This document shows, in pieces, positions 56,627-64,000 of a DNA stretch of 64,000 bases. Below the pieces are notes generated by a model. That model was not told the DNA's origin, did no database searches, and was given only the letters and a program-made list of their open reading frames with translations. The stretch is from IMG/VR virus record IMGVR_UViG_3300038463_000730, positions 366,259-430,258 of that record; one strand, given 5' to 3'. The translations under genes were made by a program, and so were the position numbers. Every line of letters begins with the position of its first letter. Within the stretch, counting starts at the first letter, position 1. This DNA comes from a virus.

Positions 56627-57232
56627 TCAGGGCTTTTTCTGGCGCGCAAGAAAGGAGCGAACCACGGAAGCGTATGGGAGATCCTTCAAGTCGGTCTCGT
56701 CACCATAGCTACCATGCCGGTGTTCATCACACCATACGCGCATAACCGCGTTGTCATATGTTCGTGTCCCTACGGACCCACAATCTGCCGCACACTTTGG
56801 AAGATTGTCAACGAGCGTCTTCAGCTCGGTACTGTCTAGCTGAATATTCGCGAGGTAGCGTGCCTTGGCTGCTTGCTGTTCCGGCGATCCGTACGTGCAA
56901 CACCGACGACAACCGGAGCTAGAGAATGACTCTATGCACGTACATCGCGGGTGACACGGAGTCGTGTGGAGACACGGACATGGAGAACGTTCGGTTTGTT
57001 TGTCTACGCCGTGAATGAACGCATACGCAGCTCGAACGATCGGTGCTCCAGGTAGATCGGTCCACTTGATACCAGCCGTTGCATGCTCCTCACATGCGTA
57101 ACGTTTGGCATCAGTAGGCTTCTCGGTAGAGAATGTCGTGCCTTCATACTTCACTGCTGGCCGGATACACCCGGAGCAATGCGGCACGACCAAGTCAAGG
57201 AGCCCGGCAATGATGTACTTGATATGTTTCAC
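56627..57232 (-). CDS. hypothetical Cys-rich protein
   Basis: 201 aa with many Cys residues. Confidence 0.45.
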   Translation of the reverse strand: MKHIKYIIAGLLDLVVPHCSGCIRPAVKYEGTTFSTEKPTDAKRYACEEHATAGIKWTDLPGAPIVRAAYAFIHGVDKQTERSPCPCLHTTPCHPRCTCIESFSSSGCRRCCTYGSPEQQAAKARYLANIQLDSTELKTLVDNLPKCAADCGSVGTRTYDNAVMRVWCDEHRHGSYGDETDLKDLPYASVVRSFLARQKKP

Positions 57233-57597
57233 GCAATCTCCGGCTTCAGCTCCGAACCACCGATCACGTGCATGTGCATGTGCTTGATCGCTTGGTGAGC
57301 ATCGGAACCATTGTTCATCACGATTCGGAAGCCGGTTTTGTCAATGCCGGTTGCTTCGATGTGTTGCTTCATCAGCAGGAACATCATTGGAAGAACGATG
57401 TAGTAATGATGCTCAGTTGTTCCGACGAGACTATCCTCGTGCGCCCACGGGATGATCAGGAGATGGTGTGGAGCGATCGGATCCTTCGGTTTGATCGCGA
57501 AGGCATGATGGTTCTGGTACGGCATCTCCACCGGGATTTCCTTCTTCGCAAACTTGCAGAAGAGGCAATCTGGTTTAGAGTTTGTGAGGTTTGACAT
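57229..57597 (-). CDS. HIT-family (histidine triad) nucleotide hydrolase/transferase
   Basis: AIKHMHMHVIGG is the HxHxHxx HIT motif. Confidence 0.75.
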   Translation of the reverse strand: MSNLTNSKPDCLFCKFAKKEIPVEMPYQNHHAFAIKPKDPIAPHHLLIIPWAHEDSLVGTTEHHYYIVLPMMFLLMKQHIEATGIDKTGFRIVMNNGSDAHQAIKHMHMHVIGGSELKPEIA

Positions 57598-58693
57598 TCG
57601 TTAGTTCCTTGTCCGTGCAGCGCCAGAACGGGTTGACGTAGATCCATCTACGCAGCGCGCTTCCCGGTCCCCACGGTTGATTCCGGTAGAACCCACGCAC
57701 GAGATGCCGAACCATCGGGCTCGCGCCGTTACCGGCAATGTACTCTTTTGCCGCCCGATAGCAATGGACATTCACCGCACTTCCGAACGTGTAGAGATTG
57801 CTGAAGACAGGTTTCGGATGACGCTTTCGCATCTCCGGTTTCTTCCAGCTGACAACGTGGAGAGGCTTCGTGTGCGCGAAGTTCTCCGGCGATTGCAGCT
57901 CGACGATTGCGCAGAGAGCAATGCGCGTGGCGGCATTGATTGCGACCGTCATCGAATCTTGTTCGGCTTGTGAAATATGACCAGCAAAAGCGGCACCAGC
58001 TTCGTCGAGCGAATTACTGTTTCGGATAATCTCCTTCATTGTCCCGTAAACAAATCCCTGACGATAGTTCACTGTTTCGAGGAAGATCTGAAACCTAGTT
58101 CCAACTTCTTCTTCCCATTGCATCACCATGGCGCGCTCGATCGTGTCGATGCCATTGGGAGCTTTGTCGTTCTTGATCGTGATCAAGTTTCGCGGAAACT
58201 CGACCGTGAACGCATCCCACGGAGCCTTGAGCGTTTCGGCCTTGTCGGGCGAGATAGAACTAATGATGAATTGCGCGGCCTGGTCCTGGTTCAACTTCAC
58301 GCGCGGGCACGCAAGCCTGCCCCAAGCGAGCGTAAATATCTCCAGTTCGATCAACCCTTCTTTGCGTTCACTCTTCAGTTCCTCAAGAGCCAGCTCGTGC
58401 TCCGGATCAGCCGTACCATTCGCAACCTTCTCTTCGAAGTTGGCGACAACATCGCGGAACATTGAATGGACATCGTTTCGAATATCAATGATGCTTTTCC
58501 CTTCAACGATCCAACGATCGGAGTAATCCCGGATGGCTTCGAGCGCGGTGAAGATCATCACCTCGTTCGTTTTGTATCGCTCGGCCATTTTCTGTTTGAA
58601 ATCCATTGTCGTCTCCCCACGTATGCTTACATGCCAGTATCGTTTATCTGTTGAGGAGGTAGAGTCGGTCCTCTTCTGCTCTGGCATGATCAT
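57575..58693 (-). CDS. hypothetical protein
   Basis: 372-aa ORF. Confidence 0.5.
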   Translation of the reverse strand: MIMPEQKRTDSTSSTDKRYWHVSIRGETTMDFKQKMAERYKTNEVMIFTALEAIRDYSDRWIVEGKSIIDIRNDVHSMFRDVVANFEEKVANGTADPEHELALEELKSERKEGLIELEIFTLAWGRLACPRVKLNQDQAAQFIISSISPDKAETLKAPWDAFTVEFPRNLITIKNDKAPNGIDTIERAMVMQWEEEVGTRFQIFLETVNYRQGFVYGTMKEIIRNSNSLDEAGAAFAGHISQAEQDSMTVAINAATRIALCAIVELQSPENFAHTKPLHVVSWKKPEMRKRHPKPVFSNLYTFGSAVNVHCYRAAKEYIAGNGASPMVRHLVRGFYRNQPWGPGSALRRWIYVNPFWRCTDKELTNVKPHKL

Positions 58694-59030
58694 CTTCCTC
58701 GTCGTCTGACACTAGGTCCCACCACTGGCCCTTCATGAACTGACCGATGAAGTCCTGTACTGGTTGAGGTAGTGCTGTAGCTTTCGGATTGAAGTATCTC
58801 GGATCTACGCGCACGATTGCGTCTATTGTCCAATGACCTTCGAAACCATGGTGCCCATGGCCAAATGGTGTCTGGAGTCCTCGCGGGAAATCAGGAATGG
58901 CATCATAGATACCATTCACGATCGGATTATATCGTGTAGATCGAACACCTTTGACACCTTGTTTACGAAGGCTCTCGGCGACCTCAGCTGATGTCTTCCC
59001 AAGGGAAGCTAGGTAAGTATCGATCTCCAT
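58644..59030 (-). CDS. hypothetical protein (start trimmed to the internal Met MEIDTYL…)
   Basis: The Arg-rich N-terminal extension in the ORF track overlaps the upstream gene. Confidence 0.4.
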   Translation of the reverse strand: MEIDTYLASLGKTSAEVAESLRKQGVKGVRSTRYNPIVNGIYDAIPDFPRGLQTPFGHGHHGFEGHWTIDAIVRVDPRYFNPKATALPQPVQDFIGQFMKGQWWDLVSDDEEDDHARAEEDRLYLLNR

Positions 59031-59284
59031 GGCGCATCCTTGATGACTTCTTCGTGTGTCGTGCCTTCTCGTTTGCACGCCTGATCGTAGAAAGCCTGCA
59101 ACGCCGCGACGATGAATCCGCTGGCCAACGAACCGTGAATGCACCAGTCCAGCACTTCGAGAATCTGTTTGGCTGTTGGTTCATCATCCCACTTCTCGAT
59201 CAACGGTTTCATCTTCGCGTCAATCGAGGAGTCGGACATGTTGAGTAAACATGTAGCTAGCTCACCCATTGTATTGGTGCTCAT
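59009..59284 (-). CDS. hypothetical protein
   Basis: 91-aa ORF. Confidence 0.4.
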   Translation of the reverse strand: MSTNTMGELATCLLNMSDSSIDAKMKPLIEKWDDEPTAKQILEVLDWCIHGSLASGFIVAALQAFYDQACKREGTTHEEVIKDAPWRSILT

Positions 59285-59287
59285 TTG

Positions 59288-60811
59288 TTATTGGACCAAG
59301 TAGAGAGAGTGACGTGCCCGAGAAGCCGCGACGTAATATACGTTCGCTTCCTCCGGATTCTTGTTTTTGTGGAAGGTCTTCGAGAGCATGAACACACGGT
59401 CCCGCTCATCTCCCTTCGCTCGGTGTGCCGTGCTGAGCATGACACGATCCTTGAAGCTGCCTGCCTGAAACATCGTGCGAATACGTTCACGCACTTGATC
59501 CAATTGGGTCAGACCTTCACAGAGAGCATCGACACAAGCCTCCTTGTCATCGACCCACTCGGTCTTCTTATCCAGTGCGACCAGTTGCTCGCGACGTTCG
59601 CGGCACCACTCACGATTCCAATCTCGGAAGCCCTCAACCGACAAGGCTCCTGATTTTGAAATGGCGTATGTATACTGCCACGAAACATCTCGGCCAAGAA
59701 TATTGGCCGGGCGCCCAACAGAGTTGAGCTTCGTGCAGATGCGCATGAGAGGGGCGTTTGTTCGCGCCAGGATGTAGTCTCCAGCGCGTGTCTCCTTCAA
59801 CATGTCGTCCGTTGCCATGTTGGCTACGAGCCCGTCAGGAGCACCAGGAGCAGCCTCGATGTCAGGCACGATTTCCTGAAGCAATTTAACTATGTTCCGT
59901 GCGCACCGGTACGTGACCGAAAGCGGCAGAACATGCGCATTGGTTTGTTCGATGATACGCTGAATCGATTTGGCATCGGCGCCATTCCAACCGTACAGAG
60001 CTTGCCTATCATCGCCTACCGCGATCATGCGCCCACCTTCACGGAGCGACTTCATGATCACCGCGAACTGCGCCGGAGCAAGATCTTGTCCCTCGTCCAG
60101 CATGACGCAATCGTGTTGCGGAACGTCGAGTCCCAGCACGACCGGAAGATAAATCATGTCAGCGAAGTCGATCGACTTAGTTTGTTCCCGATTACGCTTG
60201 AGAACTTCCAAGGTAATCTGAACGAACTGTTTGCGATCCGAGCCCTTGCCAGCATCGATGTCGTACGTGTCGATCACATTCTCGATGCCTTCTTCGGTAT
60301 CGAGCAGCGTAACCTTACACTTTTGTACGCATTCAGTCAGCTGTTCGATCATCCCGGTATTCTCCGGACCAATGATTCCCTTGATGATGTTGGGAACCTT
60401 AACTCCAGGACGAATCTTCTCCTTTGGATCGATACGAACCTTCAGCGGCTTGAGAGCTTGGAAACCGATGCTGTAGCTCGTCTGAGCCTGGACCTTATCC
60501 AAGTCCGATAGACGAGCTGCGATCGTATCCTTGATGTCGGTATTGAACGCGCACACCAGGATCCCGACATTCGGAGTAACTTCGTTCACCTTGCGAACGA
60601 GCATCTCGATCGTCGTGGTCTTCCCTGTTCCGGCCCGAGCCAACACAACAACATTCTCGCGTGAGTTCTGAATGAAGTTGAGAATGTTTGCTTGTGCGGG
60701 GCTGGGTGCGGGTAGCGGCTTTTGTTCTCGCTCGACAGCTACCGGCTTCTTGTAACCCCGATAACTACCTTTCTTTGCTGATGATCTGTACGCCATGGTA
60801 TTCCTCATCAT
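59288..60811 (-). CDS. SF1 DNA helicase (UvrD/PcrA-like, compact)
   Basis: Walker A LARAGTGKTTT, motif II MLDEGQDL, TYRCARNIV (motif IV-like), C-terminal YYVAASRARHSLYLV. Confidence 0.7.
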   Translation of the reverse strand: MMRNTMAYRSSAKKGSYRGYKKPVAVEREQKPLPAPSPAQANILNFIQNSRENVVVLARAGTGKTTTIEMLVRKVNEVTPNVGILVCAFNTDIKDTIAARLSDLDKVQAQTSYSIGFQALKPLKVRIDPKEKIRPGVKVPNIIKGIIGPENTGMIEQLTECVQKCKVTLLDTEEGIENVIDTYDIDAGKGSDRKQFVQITLEVLKRNREQTKSIDFADMIYLPVVLGLDVPQHDCVMLDEGQDLAPAQFAVIMKSLREGGRMIAVGDDRQALYGWNGADAKSIQRIIEQTNAHVLPLSVTYRCARNIVKLLQEIVPDIEAAPGAPDGLVANMATDDMLKETRAGDYILARTNAPLMRICTKLNSVGRPANILGRDVSWQYTYAISKSGALSVEGFRDWNREWCRERREQLVALDKKTEWVDDKEACVDALCEGLTQLDQVRERIRTMFQAGSFKDRVMLSTAHRAKGDERDRVFMLSKTFHKNKNPEEANVYYVAASRARHSLYLVQ

Positions 60812-60843
60812 AGCACTTAACGTGAAGTAGTCAAGTTATATGA

Positions 60844-61380
60844 TTGTGTATGGATTTAGAGTGTAGGATATGCGGAAAGATTGGTCCATTATTAGAATTT
60901 GAGAAGACCAATAAAACTAAGATCGGTCGTCTGAAACGATGCAAAGTATGTTGCAACGCAGCCCAGAGAAAATACCTGAAAGATAATCCTGGTCCACGCG
61001 CAAAGGCACTAGCGCTTACTGAGCAATGGCAACGTGACAACCCGGAGAAACAATTATTGATCCAAATTAGGCATCGTGCAAAACGAAATAAGATTCCGTT
61101 TTCACTTACAATAGAAGATATTGTCATCCCAACATACTGTCCGCTGCTTGGGATTGAATTACAGCGTGGAGTTGGGACAGGCGGACATTGTGATAGTTCA
61201 CCGTCTCTTGACCGTATCGATCCGAAACTTGGATACGAACGTGGAAACGTATGGGTAATTAGTAATCGAGCAAACCGAATTAAAAATGATGCAACAGTGA
61301 AAGAACTCCGCATGATTGCTGATGGGTTAGAACGGCGCCAGTCGCCTAGCGACGACTACCATTTTTGTGCTCCACGGTAA
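60844..61380 (+). CDS. HNH homing endonuclease
   Basis: CRICGK…CKVCCN zinc-binding N-terminus, then SLDRIDPKLGYERGNVWVISNRANRIKN (HNH_3-like). Plus strand. Confidence 0.6.
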   Translation: MCMDLECRICGKIGPLLEFEKTNKTKIGRLKRCKVCCNAAQRKYLKDNPGPRAKALALTEQWQRDNPEKQLLIQIRHRAKRNKIPFSLTIEDIVIPTYCPLLGIELQRGVGTGGHCDSSPSLDRIDPKLGYERGNVWVISNRANRIKNDATVKELRMIADGLERRQSPSDDYHFCAPR

Positions 61381-61621
61381 TAAGTTCTTCAAGCACGTCG
61401 AAAAGAATCTCCGGATGAATCTCCGTGATTACATCGGGCTCCCAAATGAATTCGGAATGCCCTTTTGCGGCGATACCCTCTGTGTATACGTAACTCTGCA
61501 TTCTAGGCGCCAGTTTAGCACCACTGTGCGCAAAGATCAAGTCTAGACGCCTATCCCCGTGTTTCGGTTTGGATTCCGCAGTCTTCGGGAAATAGAATTT
61601 CTTTTTCGAATCAGCGTTCAT
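61346..61621 (-). CDS. hypothetical protein
   Basis: 91-aa ORF. Confidence 0.35.
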   Translation of the reverse strand: MNADSKKKFYFPKTAESKPKHGDRRLDLIFAHSGAKLAPRMQSYVYTEGIAAKGHSEFIWEPDVITEIHPEILFDVLEELITVEHKNGSRR

Positions 61622-61869
61622 TGGCTCGTATTTGTGTGGATGCTCAGAACGTTGTACGCAAGACCAACGTGCAAAACCTGCACGAATTTCTTGTGCCTGT
61701 CCAAATTCCCGAGGATTGGATCCAGTCGAGGGCTATGGTACGCATTCGTCAGCGCACGCCAAATCTTTTCATCTGCGATCAACTTCTTCGCAAATGATTC
61801 GAGTCTGCCCTGATCTTGATCTGTTTCCCCTAGGCTTTTGTAGGCCGCGATGAAATCCACTTCTAGCAT
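61618..61869 (-). CDS. hypothetical protein
   Basis: 83-aa ORF. Confidence 0.35.
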   Translation of the reverse strand: MLEVDFIAAYKSLGETDQDQGRLESFAKKLIADEKIWRALTNAYHSPRLDPILGNLDRHKKFVQVLHVGLAYNVLSIHTNTSQ

Positions 61870-61872
61870 AAC

Positions 61873-62388
61873 TCACCCCGTTGTGTCTTCACTCGTAGCG
61901 GTTGGGCTGGCCCGTCCGGCTGCCTCTTCCCAGTACTGATAGGTCGTCTCCCCGATTTCCTCCGGAAAACAACTGAATAGAAAAGCGATCTGAAACCAAA
62001 GGAACTCCATTTCCAAATCCAATCCAACCGTGCGCATAAACGTAAGGATTCGCGTGATGCGCAAATAGTTGTGATTTCCTTGTTCGACCCACGTTGGCTT
62101 CTCTGGATTTCCGATGACCGATAGCCTGAGAAATATCATGGCTCGTTTGAATGCTGCCTTGATATTTCCGAGAGCCGTTTGATCGAGCTTGATTGCTTCG
62201 ATCGTTTCTTCGTCGAGAAGCGGAGCACCGGCATTGAATTGACTTGGCTGCGACGAAGGGAAGAGCCATTGAATAAAATTGTGAGTTCGTTCCCAGCGTT
62301 CGTCGTCCCACTGGATCATCTGGCCAAGTAAACGCCCGTTTGTATCGGTGCCGTTTCCGTGGAGGAATTCCAAAAGCTTCGTGTTCAC
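61873..62388 (-). CDS. hypothetical protein
   Basis: 171-aa ORF; …HNFIQWLFP… motif. An alternative longer frame 61889-62485 overlaps. Confidence 0.4.
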   Translation of the reverse strand: MNTKLLEFLHGNGTDTNGRLLGQMIQWDDERWERTHNFIQWLFPSSQPSQFNAGAPLLDEETIEAIKLDQTALGNIKAAFKRAMIFLRLSVIGNPEKPTWVEQGNHNYLRITRILTFMRTVGLDLEMEFLWFQIAFLFSCFPEEIGETTYQYWEEAAGRASPTATSEDTTG

Positions 62389-62900
62389 GGTGCCTCCGCA
62401 ATGTTTCCGATTGTGATGGAGTAATCTTTTTTTCCATCATCCAACAATACTCGATATGAATCAGGGTATCTAGGACAAGGCCCAACGATTACGCCTGGTT
62501 CGTTCTTAGCGTAACACAAGACGCGCGTTCCAGGAACCAATTGAAGAAGTAGTGTACGCTTGCGGTAGTCATCCCACGCTGCACGCACCTGTGTGTGCGT
62601 GAGCTTATCTTCCAGCTCGAAGCAACATCCCTTCTCGTTGTTTGCCAACATGCGCCAACGTAGAGACGTACCGAGCGAAGTCTCACGACTCTCCCATACC
62701 CAGAAACGAAACTCTCCATTGAAATAGGTATAGTCTTGCTGACCTAGTCTAGCCTTGTGCCATTGAACCGGCTTCTCCTTGTGAGCTGCGCTCATCATAG
62801 CACGCAGCTCTTCGTGAAGAGCCTTCTGCTCGGCAGCAGTACAGTCGTAGAAGTATTGCTCGACCCCAACGCTATCCCAATCGGTGATTCGTTTTTTCAT
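62385..62900 (-). CDS. hypothetical protein
   Basis: 171-aa ORF. Confidence 0.45.
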   Translation of the reverse strand: MKKRITDWDSVGVEQYFYDCTAAEQKALHEELRAMMSAAHKEKPVQWHKARLGQQDYTYFNGEFRFWVWESRETSLGTSLRWRMLANNEKGCCFELEDKLTHTQVRAAWDDYRKRTLLLQLVPGTRVLCYAKNEPGVIVGPCPRYPDSYRVLLDDGKKDYSITIGNIAEAP

Positions 62901-62906
62901 GGTGGC

Positions 62907-63359
62907 TCACAGATAGTAGTAGTGAACGCCCCACTTCACATCCACGTTGTCGTAGACCTTGGCGAGCTTGATTATCTCAGTCTGGTAGCGTCGAGCGAAC
63001 CAACCCATCTCTTCCGCGATATTGACACCGGTAAGATCCTGAGGCTCGTCCAAGTCAACACCGAACTCGCGTGGGCCTTGTTCATTCGGGATGAGAAAGA
63101 ATGTATCGTTTGGACTGTTCGTGACCGGAGACAGTTCGTCATCCGTGAGGACTTCGTGGTAATTGATACACGCCGGTTGCTTCTCGGCGAACGGTTTGAT
63201 CTTGCTTCCGCATGTGGCGCAGAACTTGATCGTCGTATCATCGATAGGCTTTCGATGCTTCTTACATTTCGCGTTCGAGCACCGGTTCACCTTGACGTCT
63301 TCCGTCTGTTTGCGTTGCGTACAGGTAAGGTACGGACCGACGTATACGTTCTCGCTCAT
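62907..63359 (-). CDS. hypothetical protein with zinc ribbon
   Basis: CSNAKCKKH…CATCGSKI. Confidence 0.45.
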   Translation of the reverse strand: MSENVYVGPYLTCTQRKQTEDVKVNRCSNAKCKKHRKPIDDTTIKFCATCGSKIKPFAEKQPACINYHEVLTDDELSPVTNSPNDTFFLIPNEQGPREFGVDLDEPQDLTGVNIAEEMGWFARRYQTEIIKLAKVYDNVDVKWGVHYYYL

Positions 63360-63362
63360 GAC

Positions 63363-63671
63363 CTACTCCTTGTAACCGCGCCCTAGATCGCCTTCACAAC
63401 ACCAAGTCGGATCCTCGTCTACGAGAAGATGAAACACGGTATACCGTGCCGGTATTGTTGGATGCATTCTGGGGCCTGGTTGATGACACCATATCTCCAA
63501 CAGTACTTTGCCTTTTGGTCGTATCTTGCTGACCTCAACATAGAAAAGTTCTTCCTTTTTACTATGCTTTTTGATCTGTTTCAAGAGCGGCGCAGGCAAA
63601 TGAATCAGACGTAGCCACACACCCTTGCGAAGGTGACGACGCTTCGGCGTACCGTAGTCGAACCACGACAT
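63363..63671 (-). CDS. hypothetical protein
   Basis: 102-aa ORF. Confidence 0.4.
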   Translation of the reverse strand: MSWFDYGTPKRRHLRKGVWLRLIHLPAPLLKQIKKHSKKEELFYVEVSKIRPKGKVLLEIWCHQPGPRMHPTIPARYTVFHLLVDEDPTWCCEGDLGRGYKE

Positions 63672-63673
63672 AG

Positions 63674-63982
63674 TTAGACCCTTCGTTGTTCGTCGAACTT
63701 GGCTAGATCACTTGGCATCATCTCAAGATCCCCAACGAGGATCTTCCAGATATCGTCGCCAAAATCTTTCTTCGCCTGAGCGATAGCGGCATCGGGGAAT
63801 GAGCCACCACCAATCAATGCTCGCCACTCATCGTAAGAGAGACTATCGAGCTTGATCGCGTTGCCCGATCGTTCGACTTTGCTTTGGTTAGTTCCAAAGC
63901 CATATGAAGCAACTTGTCCATTCATATCTTTGATATACTCTTGGACAAGCGCGAATGCTGCTTCGAGCATTTGGTTCGACAT
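63674..63982 (-). CDS. hypothetical protein
   Basis: 102-aa ORF. Confidence 0.4.
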   Translation of the reverse strand: MSNQMLEAAFALVQEYIKDMNGQVASYGFGTNQSKVERSGNAIKLDSLSYDEWRALIGGGSFPDAAIAQAKKDFGDDIWKILVGDLEMMPSDLAKFDEQRRV

Positions 63983-64000
63983 CGAGCCGGAGAAATCGAC

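Noticed and set aside
1-64000. Genome-wide stop-codon reassignment within this window
   Set aside because: ORFs called with the standard code are long, abut one another with small overlaps, and leave almost no unexplained gaps. No evidence here that TAG or TGA is read through; the CUA tRNA may act elsewhere in the genome or on host messages.

Overview
The window reads as 64 kb from a large (jumbo or huge) phage-like genome rather than a cellular chromosome. This is an inference from gene content; there is no direct marker. Almost every gene (about 100 short-to-medium ORFs) lies back-to-back on the minus strand with small overlaps or gaps. The only convincing plus-strand genes are two HNH homing-endonuclease ORFs. 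Recognisable products:
- RlmN/Cfr-family radical-SAM methyltransferase (186-1151).
- NMN adenylyltransferase/Nudix (NadM/NatV-like, 1832-2863), NH3-dependent NAD synthetase NadE (26509-27408), a NADAR-like domain protein and a HIT-family protein.
- EF-Tu (24668-25831), a truncated class-II HisRS-like catalytic core, and a Pth2-type peptidyl-tRNA hydrolase.
- ATP-dependent RNA ligase (Rnl2/Rnl5-like), DEDDh 3'-5' exonuclease, AlkB-like dioxygenase, 5'(3')-deoxyribonucleotidase (HAD), SF1 UvrD-like helicase.
- SPFH/band-7 protein, a TPM-domain protein next to a frameshifted LemA, an EamA/DMT transporter, a SIMPL/DUF541-like protein, and a protein with a type-IV-pilin-like N-terminus.
- Four HNH endonucleases in total (two plus-strand, one minus-strand, one partial at the window start).

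At least 11 tRNA or tRNA-like genes lie on the minus strand. By-eye folding gives four canonical ones: Leu-TAG, Leu-CAA, Lys-TTT and a CUA-anticodon amber-suppressor candidate. Several others have good acceptor, D and T arms but 6-nt (or 8-nt) anticodon loops. The window also contains tRNA half-fragments, one arranged like a permuted or split tRNA. There are several tandem paralog families of small proteins. No CRISPR arrays or rRNA were seen.

All calls come from reading the sequence and the ORF track without tools. Start coordinates follow the ORF track unless noted.
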